Made by a program: the position numbers and the translations under genes
Part shown: piece by piece, positions 1 to 13,000 of the stretch
Numbering within the stretch: position 1 is the stretch's first letter
Layout of the letters: each line of letters starts with the position of its first letter
NCBI RefSeq assembly: GCF_018350175.1
Contig: NC_058373.1
Location: 118,112,001 to 118,176,000 of the forward strand
From: Felis catus
Lineage: Eukaryota
Reading direction: 5' to 3'
Length of the DNA stretch: 64,000 bases
Notes under the pieces: model-generated
Told to the model about the DNA's origin: nothing
The model's database searches: none
Seen by the model: the letters and a program-made list of their open reading frames with translations, nothing else

Positions 1-449
1 CCTGCCCCCTTCCTCCTTTGGAGGTTGCAGTAAACTATATCCCCATTCATTCTAGGCGATGACCAAGCTCCACATTAAAATGTGTTACTTCTTTCTTACT
101 CTTCTTTGGTCTTCAGTACTTTTTAAATACGTTTTTCGAAGTAGATCTAGGAGTACGAAGATTATTTTGAAGTTATGTAATGTGGATATTTATATTGCCA
201 TGGAAAAGCCATTTTGATCCTGGGCAGAGAGGAGCAGACTAAAGGAGGGAAGAGATTGGACTTCTCTTGTACCAGACTGCTCTAGTATGAAGTACTGTGA
301 ATTAGGTAGTTGGCAGTGGAGTATAAACAATTTTTATATGGTCTTGGGAACTTTGATTTTTAAAAGCTTTCCAAAAACATTCAGGGGCCTTGAAAGGCAT
401 TCAGTTGGTCCTCATGATTCAAGCAGATACTATACTATTCTAATTAATC

Positions 450-945
450 TAACTTTTCTTGAAGCTTTGGTTTTTCTTCATCTGTAAATTGAGGATTATA
501 AAAGTATCCACTTCATAGGTTATTGTTATTAGGGATTAATTGAGAAAAAGTATGTAAAATCCTTAGTGCGATGTCTAAGTCACATAGTGTTTAGTTTGCA
601 TTAACTGATACTGTTATTTAAGAGATTTCAGTGAAGTACAAGAGCCTGATCCTGACTCTTAACGTTTCGTCCAATGTACTCTGAATAGACTTTTCTAAAT
701 AAAATCAAAGTTAACCCTTAAAAAGTTTCTTCTTGGTATGTTATTACTAGAAAGAGGCATTGTGATACAGTGAAAACAGCCTTTGGATTGGTAATTTCAG
801 GATAGTGGGGACCTTGGAGTCCCCACTCACTTATTGTGTTTCCATGGACAAAATAGCTTCTTCATCTGTAAAAGGACAATGATATATCTACACCAGGTAA
901 TTTGGGAGATTCAGTGAGATAATGTATGTTGAAGGCTTTTGTAAA
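450..945 (+). mobile_element. Two degraded MIR SINE fragments (about 450-600 and 755-945)
   Basis: The MIR core motif ttcttcatctgtaaa...ggataat...tgagataatgtatgt appears twice. Confidence 0.65.
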
Positions 946-3160
946 CAGAAGTAAATAAAATGTTAGTTAATACTTTTATTAAATAATAATTCTTCTTGGA
1001 GTTACCGGATTCCCATTTCTGGTCTCCAAAATATGGTTTTTCCTGTATGTATGTATGTATGTTTGAATGTTTGATTCCAAAACATTTCTAGTAAGAAAAT
1101 GTTTTCATTGTCCCAATGTTGCATGTAGGCACTATATGTTAATAATAGTTTGGGCCAAGGTGTTTTTTTTTGTTTTTTTTTTTGTTTGTTTGTTTGTTTT
1201 TTGTGGTTTGGTATCTTTTTATTTTACTGTGTTAAGGCTTTAAATCTGTTATTAAAGTAAAATGAGTTCATTTTAATATTGGTAATTACTTCAGACCCGA
1301 TATTAGTTTGGGATTTTCAAGTAACTTCTTGGGTCACTGATTAGCTATATAGTTTTTTCATTTATATACGATTTAAAGAAAAATTGTATTGACTATTTTG
1401 TAACTTTGGAAGCAGAAGTAGTCATCAAATCTTTTAACGTCTTACAAAAACATTCTGTGTATTTTGTTTAACCTCTTGATAGTCTTTTCTGACAACTACC
1501 ACTGCCATTCCTAAGAGGATTTCGATTGATTATCCCTTAAAGTTTTTGAATAGCTTTTCTCTTGCTGTTTAAAAAAATTTTGAAACTTCAGAAACTAAAA
1601 AGAACATAACATTTACACCACCAGAATTACTGATACTGCTTTTTAGAACTTAATCAGCACAATTTCAAACTTCAAAAAAGTTGCAAGAATAGTAGAAAGA
1701 ATTCTTAAATAGCTTTTCACCCAGATTCCCCAAATGATAACATTTCACAAATTTACTTTATCCTCTCCTCTTTTTCTTCATAGTTTTCTTCTGAAATGTT
1801 TTGCTAGTAAGCCACAGATGAGGTGTCCTTAGCCCTTAAATACGTAAGTGTATATTTCTTAGAATAAGGGTATTTTCATATTTAATAGCAGTACAGTGAA
1901 CAAAATCAGGAAATTAATAGTGATTCAGTATTATCTAATTTACAGGTCTTAATTGGATTTAGCCTGAACTTGTTCTGAATTGATATTGCTTTTTTTTAAA
2001 GCAACTTTACTAAGGTGTAATTGATACATAAAATACACTTGTTGTAATGTGCAATTTGATGATTTTTAGTAAGTGTTCAGAGTTGTGTGACTGTTACCCC
2101 CAAAAGGATCCTTCTTTCCGGTTTGCAAGTCACTCCCTGTTCCCACCTCAGCTCCAGACTACCACTAATTTTTCTCTGTAAATAGTATCGCTTTTTAATC
2201 ATTGAAAATGGTAAAACCGCAAAGTGGAAAGCTAAGAAAAAGATCACGTCCCTTTTTGGAGACTTAAAACACTTGAGTATTTTCATACCTCTGAAAAGCT
2301 TTCCTGCAAAAGAAACATTTTGTTAATCAAGCATTTCCTATTCTTCTTTGGATATGGAATACTCTTTCCTAGGAATAGTTCCCGAAGACTCCACTTCTGT
2401 AGAAATTCAGTTTGAGATGCAGTTTTGAGGGGCTTGCTTTCCTTAGGCTGGGACAGGTATGTCAGTCCATTGTACCTTGTAGGCTGTAAGCAGAGCAGGG
2501 AACAATACACGCTACAGTATTGATCACTTACTTATATTCAATGAAGAGCTACTGGACTGGCAGTGTAACTGTAGGAAAATAATGTTTAGAAAAGAATCTG
2601 ACACACAATTGGAGCTAGATATTTGTTGAATGAATGAGTTGTATAAGTATTTGTTCAGGAGAATCTGTTGGTTCATTTGCCTCTTACCATTCAGAAATTT
2701 GGCACACCGGGTCTGGATGGGGTTAGCCAGTAAATCTATTCCAGGTGAAATATTTTTTATATTGGGATAAATCTGCAATGGAGGAATGGTTATTAGCAGT
2801 AAATGGTGTGAGAAAAGGAGTGATTTAACAGCATAAGGAGAAAAAAAAACATAAAGAGGAAAAAGTGAAAAAAAGAAAAGCAGAATGCACGCATATGTTG
2901 AGTGGTAGGGGTACATGTTATTTAAAGTTTTTTTTTTTTTGGACAGAGGAAACTAGATTTATTGAGATAAAATTTACATACAATAAAATGCACCCATTTA
3001 ATTTCAGTGAATTTTGACAAACGCGTAATAAATCTGTATGACCACTGCCACACTGAAGTAGGCACTAAAGATAGGGAATACTCGCGTGATAGGTGCTCAT
3101 TTTGTTACTTTGGGCTATAAGGTTTCATACTGAGCCGGTAAAAATGCTTTGAGCCTTCCA

Positions 3161-3278
3161 GGGGCGCTTGGCTGGCTCAGTGGGAAGAGCATGTGGCTCT
3201 TAATCTCGGGGTTGTGAGTGTGAGCCCCACGTTGGGCGTAGACATTGCTTAAAAATAAAATCTTACTAAAAAAAAAAA
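3161..3278 (+). mobile_element. Short CanSINE with 19-bp target-site duplication (TSD)
   Basis: ggggcgcttggctggctcagt head and A tail; aaaaatgctttgagccttc at 3140-3158 and 3274-3292. Confidence 0.85.
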
Positions 3279-3439
3279 TGCTTTGAGCCTTCTAAAAGTG
3301 AAGCCCTCCGAGTGAAAGTGAAAAATACAAGTATTTTGTAAATGTTACCTAAATCATTTCAGTGCTAATAAAATAACCTTTGCAGCTCTCTTTTTCTTAA
3401 ACTCCTTGTGTGATCCCTCAGCAATTGGCTACACTTGAA

Positions 3440-3995
3440 ATACGTACATGTACATCCAGAATCTGACACTTTCACCACCTATTCCAGACTACCCTCTCCT
3501 GTCTGTATTATTATAGTAGTAGTCCTTTGCATCTCCACTTGTTCTCCAGTCTCATTAACACAGTGGCCAGTGACGCTATTAAAATGCCAGTCTTACTAAC
3601 ACAGTGGCCAGTGACACATTTAAAGTGTAAGTCAGGTCAAAAGCCTTTCAAATGTTTTCCATCTCAGAGTAAAAATCAAAACCGTTGCAGTGGCCTACTA
3701 AGTACTACATTCTGTGAGCCCGCTCCCCCAAGTAATACTTGGCATTTATCTTTGCTTTCCTCAAGTACTCTGCTCCAGCTGTTGGCCTTGTTTTTCCTCC
3801 CACAAAACACTACATGATCACCTCAGGCTCCTATATTTGCTGTTTTCTTTGCTTGGAAGGCTGTTGCCTCCATATATGAGGCTTCCTGTCTTGGCCTCTT
3901 TGGAGTCTTCGTTCAGTTTGCCTACCTTCTTTGTGAGGCCCAACCACCATATTTAAAGTAAAGTGCTCCCATGTTCTTTTCCCTACTTTATTCTA
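3440..3995. mobile_element. Degraded LINE-2-like fragment
   Basis: Pyrimidine-rich segments resembling the L2 3' region (tccagaatctgacac..., ctcagagtaaaaatcaaa..., gccttgtttttcctc...). Recognised by eye only. Confidence 0.45.
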
Positions 3996-4014
3996 CAACG
4001 TACCTACCAACTTT

Positions 4015-4465
4015 TTGTTGTTGTTATTTTATTTTTTTAACTTACATCCAAGTTAGCATATAGTGTAACAATGATTTCAGTAGATTCCTTAATGCCCCTT
4101 ACCCATTTAGCCCATCCTCCCTCCCACAACCCCTCCAGTAACCCTCTGTTCTCCATATTTAAGAGTCTCAATGTTTTTCCCCCTCCCTGTTTTTATATTA
4201 TTTTTGCTTTCCTTCCCTTTCCTTGTGTTCATTTGTGTCTTAAAGTCCTCATATGAGTGAAGTCATATGATATTTGTCTTTCTCTGACTAATTTTGCTTA
4301 GCATAATACCCTCTAGTTCCATCCACATAGTTGCAAATGGCAGGATTTCATTCTTTGTGATTGTTGGAGTAATACTCCATTGTATATGTATAGTATATCT
4401 TCTTTACCCATTCATCCATCGATGGACATTTGGGCTTTTTCCATACTTCGGCTATTGTTGATAGT
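4015..4465 (-). mobile_element. 5'-truncated felid LINE-1 (L1_Fc-like) 3' end with 15-bp TSD
   Basis: T-rich tail at left, then L1 3' UTR, then decayed ORF2 C-terminus on the minus strand (NEILPFATMWMELEGIMLS). TSD gtacctaccaacttt at 4000-4014 and 4466-4480. Confidence 0.85.
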
Positions 4466-7293
4466 GTACCTACCAACTTTGAATCTCCATATAATTTATT
4501 ATGAGAATATTACAATTTATCAACTGTAGGTAAAAACTGATCAGCTTTGCTTATGGTTATAAAAGTATTCTTAGTCATTTTCACACATGCCAAAACATAA
4601 AAGTTTATGTTGAAAAAAGTGGTTGATACTCTCACTTTAGGGTGTTTAAAGTGAACATTAATATTGGTCAGTGATCATCGGAATTGTTTGTTTTCTGACC
4701 ATAGGAGGGACCATTATCTTATTAAGATACCTTTCTTTACCTTTGAAGTTTCACCTATGAATAAGCAAGTTTTGGATGGTTTTAAATGAAAGGGACATAT
4801 AACAAAAATTAGAAGTGACTAGAATGCATACGTTAGCATAAAACATATAATCTGGTTATTCTTACAGAATGAATTATACATTTAAGAGCCACGAAATACA
4901 ATTGAAACACCAAGAACATAAAGGGTTTTAAAAAAATGGTTACAGCTTAATACTTGGCAATAAATTCATGCTCCGGTCTTTGTAAAAACATTGTGAGGCT
5001 AGACACTGGGTCATTGCTAGCATAGAAATTGGCACATGGGAGCTTGTTAATAAATTTGTTTACTGATTCATTCACTAATTTATTTATTCAACAGGTATTA
5101 ATACCAACTGCCCTCCTAAGAAAGTGCTGAGATAGAGTATTATAATGATAATAGAAGAGCTTCTGTAAGTAGGACAGTAGCCCTCTTTTGAAAGGAGATA
5201 CACTTCTGCCCCCTCCTGTAGAATGTTTGTTTTTGTTTTTGGGCAAAAAGTATTACAAAAAGATTAAAAATTCAACACATTTATAATATTAAATTAGTTC
5301 CATTTTTCCTTTTTAATTTATGCTGATGCTTGAGATTTTAAAGCATTTTCCAGTACCTTATTTTCTAAGTGTATGAAATTCTAGGAATTTGTTTTACCTG
5401 TAAAGCTTTGTAAATATTTTAAGTGTACTGTGTTTTCTGAAATGGAAGTTTAGATTTTATAGAATTATCCTAAATAATCCTGTATTATCCTAACTTATTA
5501 AGTCAACACTGAGGAAGAACAGCTGTGAGCCTGAAGGACATGCTTATCTAAGACTGTTTTAAAGAAAAGTCTAATAAACAGGTAAAAAGATACTCAACCT
5601 CATTAGTGATTAAGGAAATACATATTGAAATGAGAGTATTTTTTACCTATGAGACTGTTATAATTTAAACACTGATTTACTCCAGTGATGTTGAGGATCT
5701 GAGGAAAGGGCATACATACCCATGTGTTGGTGGTGAGGATATAAATTTGTACGTTAGTTTTGGAGGATGATTTGGAGGTAAAGTGTAGATACATACAGTA
5801 CTAAGCTGTGTTATAAAGTTATTTGCACAGGTGCATAGATTTATATATCCAGTATGTCTAGGAATGTTCAATGTTACTTGTAAGAGGCAAAATGTGGAGC
5901 CAATCATCCTTGTTGATTGAATAATTATTGTATACCTGTATTATGGTAGTTTACTGCATTATAAAGGTTGGGATAGAACTTTGTGAACTGATATGAAGAG
6001 ATGTTAATGATAATGAAGGAGAAATGCACGTAACAATATAGTATGATTATACTGTTTGCAGAAAAACACAAATAATTATATGTTAGTTTGTGTATAGAAA
6101 GCTATTTAGAAGAATACAACGGTATATACCAAACTCTTGGGATTAGGGGGCGAGGAAGTGGAAGACATGCACTTTTTATCTTCTCTCTTCTGAAGGGTGA
6201 GTAAATCAGTGTATGAAATACACACACAGAAATAGTACAAATGTTCTTTAAAAGCTTCAAACAACTCTAGACCCCTTCAGTTGTAGAGTGTAGGTGAAAT
6301 TTTTCCTAGTATCCAACAAACATCCTGTTCATTAAATTGCTACTATTTAGTGCCATCACTGATACGGGATCACTGATTTTGGCTGCTTTTTAAAATTGGT
6401 ACATGGAATCTTCCTAGGGCATCACATTGTTCTTCTACTTTTTCTTATAGTTCTGGACACTCAAGTATGTTGATGAAAATATAAAATTTGGTCATAAAGG
6501 AGTCTTAAATACATTCATTTAGCTAAAACACAAAATTAAATTTCTTTTAAGTAATATAAATCAAATGAAGCGATTCAGTGTATTCTTACATTAAATCAAA
6601 TGCTAACATCTGATTCTTGAATTTCATTCATTCATTGAATTTCATTCAAGAATGGTTAAGAGTTTTGCTTTTATCAAAAATTATGACATCTTTCTCACTG
6701 TCACAAATTTTGTGTTCTTTATATCTGAATGGTTACCATGTGACCTGATGTCAGGCGGTTTCTTCCCCCTCAGGTTTATAGTTTACTGAGACAGTCATTT
6801 GTCCTTGAGGAACTGGCCAACATTGAGTCAACAAATACTGCGTAACTTTGTACATTTAGTTTTCAGGGTGCTGATGTGTGTAAAAAATGACTGCATCAGA
6901 ACACTTGAAAAAAAAAAACTGTTAGATAACCTTCCAGGATTCTGAGTTTGGTTTAAAAAGATTCGTTGATGTTTGGTTTTTAATTTTTGGATATTAACTG
7001 AACCTCAAAATTTTTTTCTTCCTTTATATGTATTCCCACATGATTGTAGGAGTCTATCCTGAATTTAGATCGTGTACATTTTGGGAACTTATTTTAGAAA
7101 AGATCTAAGTTTTAAAAATTCTCAATGGACAGACAGAGAAAAGAGGGTCTTTGCCAACTACTTTGGGTAAGAAAACTTTAGAATTTTGCAGATACTCTAA
7201 AAATGAAGGCCAACAAACCAGGCATATCAAATTGCAAAGATTTCAAATAAAATGATTTGTCATGATTTTTTTCTTTAGACCGCTGCAGTAAGA

Positions 7294-7399
7294 ATGTCTT
7301 TTCCCCCTCATTTGAATCGCCCTCCCATGGGAATCCCAGCACTCCCACCAGGGATTCCACCCCCACAGTTTCCTGGTTTTCCTCCACCTGTACCTCCAG
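7294..7399 (+). CDS. RBM25: RBM25 coding exon 1 (MSFPPHLNRPPMGIPALPPGIPPPQFPGFPPPVPP-G); the exon starts at 7279 with 15 nt of 5' UTR
   Basis: Acceptor ttttttctttag|7279, ATG at 7294 with A at -3, donor CAG|gtaagt. Confidence 0.96.
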
Positions 7400-7797
7400 G
7401 TAAGTTTGTGGATATTGTTGTTTCTTTAACCTGCAGTTGCATCATTACACTGTTAACTTTAGGAAAATGATATGTGTTAGTAGTAAAGATGTCTGTTAGC
7501 ATCCTTTTGGAAATGTGATGTATCATTTTCCTGTAGCAGTACTTTTCATCTCTGGGTGAGTATCAAATTCATCTGGGGAGGTTAAAAAAAAAACAAAAAC
7601 CCTTTATTTAAAAAAAAAAAAATAGGGGGGTGTCTGGGTGGCTCAGTCAGTTGAGCGTCTGACTTCAGCTCAGGTCATGATCTCTCAGTTTGTGAATTCG
7701 AGCCCCGCATCAGGCTCTGTGCTGACAGCTCAGAGCCTGGAGCCTGCTTCAGATTCTGTGTCTTCCTCTCTCTCTGCCCCTCCCCCACTCATGCTCA

Positions 7798-7830
<33 letters not shown>

Positions 7831-9966
7831 AAAAATAAACATTAAACAAAAATTTAAAAAGGCAGTACGTTCGTATGGTTCAGTCATCAAAAAGGTATAC
7901 AGTGAATACTTTTCCTTGAATTCCTACATAACTTACTACTATCTCTTACCGAAAGAGGGAAACTTATTTTTATTTAACTTTTTTGTATTAAAAAAATTTT
8001 TTTTTAACATTTACTTATTTTTGAGAGAGACAGAGACAGAACGTGAGTGGGGGAGGGGCAGAGAGCGAGGGAGACACAGAATCCGAAACAGGCTCTAGTC
8101 TCTGAGCTGACAAAGCCCGATGCGGGGCTCAAACTCATGGACTATGAGATCATGACCTGAGTTGAAGTCGGATGCCCAACCAACTGAGCCACCCAAGCGC
8201 CCTGAGGGGGAAACTGTTTTAAACAGTCATTAGTTTCTTTATTCTTCCAGATACTTTTTAGTACATAACATATTAACATGCCATCACAAGTATATATTCT
8301 TTTATCCAATGTTTTTTTTTTTCTTAATGTAGATGTATAGTAGCATCCTATATGTACTGTTCTACCCCTTTTTTTATGCTTGGTAATATATTTTGGAGAG
8401 CTTTCCAGATTACCATATAAAAGCTTCCTCTCTCCAAAGCTCTTTGAGGTCCAAAGAAAAAGAATTTTTTTTTCAGGCCCTACTCCAACCCACTGATTCA
8501 GATCCTCAAGGTACTGGGGCCTAGGAATGTTTATTTTCAATAAGTTCATAGGCGGATCCTAAGGATCTATTTAAGCAAAACTAAGAGAACCCACATTTGA
8601 GAACCATTATCTTTTTATTTTTATTTTTTAACATTTATTTATTATTGAGAGACAGACACAGAGTGTAAGCAGAGGAGGGGTAGAGAGAGTGGGAGACACA
8701 GAATCCAAAGCAGGTGAGAACCATTATCTTGAGGTACATCTTAACATTGCTTGGCCTAGAGAGCAAGAGTTTTCCTTTGGTTTTTGGGCAGTAGTTCAGA
8801 TATTTTTAACAGGGCTGAAAAAATCTTATACAAAATCACCTTCTCTTCCAAAAGACAGTATCTTAAGAGCTGTCCTTAATTTGTATGTGAGAAGTTTTGC
8901 TTTTCTTATGTTTGCTTTTTTGCGGAAATCAAATGATCCCGTAAATAATCCAGAAATATTTGAGGAAAGCTTTTTTTTTTAATTAAAAAATTTTAAAATT
9001 AATTTATTTATTTTGAGAGTGAGTGAGTGCATGCAGGGGACGGGCAGACGGGGAGAGAGAGAATCCCAAGCAGGCTCTGTACTGACAGCACAGAGCCTAA
9101 TGTGGGGCTCGAACTCACAAACGGTGAGATCATGACCTGAGCTGAAATCAAGAGTCAGATGCTTAACCGCTTAGCCACCCAGGCATCCTGTTTGAGGGAA
9201 GCCTTATATCAGAGACCTCTTTTTAACTATTGGATTATCTATTTGAAATTACAGTGTTTTACTGTTGAGAGATCAACAGTACATTGAAGTTGGCTCATAA
9301 GATGGGTTGTTAATTCACAACACATTCTACGGACTCAGTTTTGAGGCCTCCTACTCCTAGGGCAAGTATATAGCAGTGTTGGAGTAGGTATGAAAAGCCA
9401 CAAGATAAACATGGCTGAGAGAGAGACAACGCGAGTGGGGTAGAGGCAGAGAGAGAGGACACAATCTGAAGCAAGCTGTCTGCACAGAGCATGATGCTTG
9501 AATCTATGAATCTCTAGATCATGACCTGAGCCAAAGTCAGACACTTAACCAACTGAGCCACCAGGTGTCCCCCATGATATATGTTTTTTAAACAAAACCC
9601 TTGTGTTATATAGCTTTATAGGAAAGAATAGTTTACTTTTTAAAAAATTTCTTTATGAAGAAATTTAAGGGATTGGGAATGAAGCATAATCACTTATTCA
9701 GAATCAGGAAAGGTGACTGAAAGATCAGTGCCTTAATTTCCCTACTAGTAGATTGGTTTTATAGAAAAGATTTAAATTCCTTTGATGGGTTACCTGGGTG
9801 GCTCAGTTGGGTTGAGCTTCCGACTCTTGACTTTGGCTCAGGTCATGATCTAATGGTTCATGGGTTTGAGTCCTGCATTGGGCTCTTCACTAACAGTGTG
9901 GAGCCTGCTTGGATTCTCTCTCTCCCTCTCTATCTCTGCCCCTCCTTGCTTGTGCGCATGCGCTTT

Positions 9967-10005
<39 letters not shown>

Positions 10006-13000
10006 CGCGCGCGCGATCTCTCCCTCAAATAAACTTTAAAAAAGTTTAAGTCCATTTTTTTTAAAGAGCAAATACTAAATTTAACCTTTTCTGATGAACA
10101 TTATACCAAATTATTAAACGGAAGTAGAAGATAAGTGAAACCTGTTTCTCTTAAGACTACTTTCTGCATATCTTTTAAAATGGGTCAGCAGGGGGCACCT
10201 GGGTTAAGTGTCCAACTCTTGATTTTGGCTCAGGTTGTGATCTCACGGTTGGTGGATTCAAGCCCCGTGTGGGGCTCTTTGCTGACAGTGTGGAGTCTGC
10301 TTGGGATTCTCTGTCCCTCCCCTGTTCACGTCTTCTCTTTCTCTCTGTCTCTGTCTCTCTCTCAAATAAGTAAGTGAACGTTAAAAAAAAAAAAAAAAAA
10401 AAAGGTGGGTCAGCTGCTCCTGAAACCGGATTGTAAGTGTTTCTTCTTGCCTGTTTGGTCATTGCCATACTAATGTGGGCATTTATTCAGAATAACACTA
10501 TTAATTCTGATTCTGTTTATAATAGCATACAGTATCATTTCTGTTCAGGGAAATATACTTGGGTGATAAATCAGACTTTAGTTTGCAACTCATTGTGCAT
10601 TCTTTGTAGAGCATCAATACTTTAAAAGGTAAATAATAAAGTAGTATGCTAAACTCGTGTAGTAATTCAAGACCACACATAACCCATGTTCATGAATCAT
10701 TTTCTTCTCTTGCTTATTAATGCAATTAATTGCACTTTTAAGTGTGATGGTCAAATTCTATATTAAATTAGAAAATAAATTTGAAAAATAACCGTAATTT
10801 TTCCCTAAAGAGTAATATATGCATATAGAAAAAGTTTTTTCCCCATAGTTCTTGAGAATTCCCTTTCCCAAACATAGCCTTTCTTACCAGTTTGTAGTGT
10901 GCACGCTTCAGAGATGAACTATGCATATCCTGATGTGTTTGCTTATGTATACTCTTTCCCTGCTTCTGTTTTTCTTTATTTTCTTTTAAATTAAAAAAAA
11001 AATTTTTTTTTTTTGAGAGAGAGCAAGAGCATGGGCACACATGCAAGCCAAGGGAGTGATGGAGAGAGAGGGAGGGAGAGAATCTTAAGCAGGCTCCATC
11101 CTCAGCACATAGGGCTTGATCCCACAACCCTGGGATCATGACCAAAATCATGACCAAAATCATGAGCCAAAATCAAGAATCCTACACTCAAGCGACAGAG
11201 CCACCCAGGTGCCCTCCCTCTTATTTCTGTTTTTTAAAAACAGCATAGTATTGCACTGTTCACACTTTGTATACTTAGCATGTATAGATCTTTGTAATGA
11301 GTAGTAATACATTCTCTATTATGAATTTCATATTGCATGAAATTTAGTAAGTTGGGCTAAGAAATGTATTATTCAGGGGTGCCTGGGTGTATCAGTCGGT
11401 TGAGTGGCCGACTTCGGCTCAGGTCATGCTCGCGGTCCGTGAGTTTGAGCCCCGTGTCGGGCTCTCAGAGCTTGGAGCCCGTTTCAGATTCTGTGTCTCC
11501 CTCTCTCTGACCCTCTCCCGTTCATGCTCTGCCTCTCTCTGTCTCAAAAACAAATAAACGTTAAAAAAAAAAAGTATTATTCAAATTTTAGTAACTATTA
11601 AAAAGGAACAAACAATGGGGCACCTGGGTGACTCGGTAGAGCGTGTTACTCTTGATCTCAGGGTTGTGAGTTTGAGCCCTGTGTTGGGTTTAGAGCTTAC
11701 TTTATTATTATTACTATTTTTATTTTTAATGTTTATTTTTGAGAGAGAGACAGAGCCAGAGTCGGGGAGGGGCACAGAGAGAGGGATACACAGAATCTGA
11801 AGCAAGCCCCAGGCTCTGAGCTGTCAGCACAGAGCCGAACTAGGGGCTTGGACTCACAAACTGTGAGATTGTAACCTGAGCCGAAGTTGGATGCTCAATC
11901 ATGGGAGCCACCCAGGCACCCCTAGAGCTTACTTTAAAAGAAAAGGAAAAAACATTTTTTTTCTACTATGTCTTTCTGACTTTTTCTTTAACAGCTTACC
12001 TATGGAAAAGGTGCCATATAGATTACAGTTGATAAAAAGGGAGGAGGATTTATTTTTTTATTTTACAAAGTGAAAACTTTAGATAGGTTGATGAATTCTA
12101 GTTTTGAGCATCCACTGTATTTAAGTGCTACACACAAATGATCTCCGTAAGTCTCATAGGTACTCCAAAGAAATGATTACCTTACTACAGTTGAGGAAAC
12201 TGTAGCTTAAGAGTTTGGCCATGGTTGCATAGTTAGTCATGACATAACGATGAGTTGAACCCAGGTTTGATTCCGAAGTCTTTTATTTTTTTTTAAGTTT
12301 AATTACTTAATCTCTACATTCATTGTGATCTCACGACCCTGAAATCAAGAGTTGCATGCTCTTCCCACTGAGCCAGCCAAGCACTTCTATGTTTTTTCCG
12401 TTTTTGTAATATTCTTTTGGTGTATTGATAGGAATCCTGATTTTTCTCATTTAAAAGTTATTTTAAGTGAGTTATATTGGAAGATAAATGGATAATGTTA
12501 AATGTTTAAGAATTTATTACCAGTCTCAGCTGGAGAATTCTTTTAAGTTGATGTTAAATTTGAACTGAAGAGCGACTTTGGAACTTCTTGAGATGTATTT
12601 AGAAGCATTTTAAAATTTATGTTAGAAAACTGGACAAAATCTTTCACTGATTTTTGCCCTCATTGCATTCTTTTTCTTAGTACTCAAATGGTAAGATTTC
12701 ATTAGTTATATACACAAGGACACTCTATACAGTAGCCATTGATCGGTAAACAATGTAGTTAAAAACAAAAATGCAGGGGCGCCTGGGTGGTGCAGTCGGT
12801 TAAGCGTCCGACTTCAGCCAGGTCACGATCTCGCGGTCCGTGAGTTCGAGCCCCGCGTCAGGCTCTGGGCTGATGGCTCGGAGCCTGGAGCCTGTTTCCG
12901 ATTCTGTGTCTCCCTCTCTCTCTGCCCCTCCCCTGTTCATGCTCTGTCTCTCTCTGTCCCAAAAATAAATAAAAAACGTTGAAAAAAAAAAATTAAAAAA

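Noticed and set aside
3546..3627. 41-bp imperfect tandem duplication (ccagtc...taacacagtggccagtgac...)
   Set aside because: It is real but lies in a decayed L2-like fragment, with only two units and no sign of function.
1..7278. RBM25 promoter and first exon
   Set aside because: No CpG island or promoter-like sequence is present. The region is AT-rich intron, so exon 1 lies upstream of the window.
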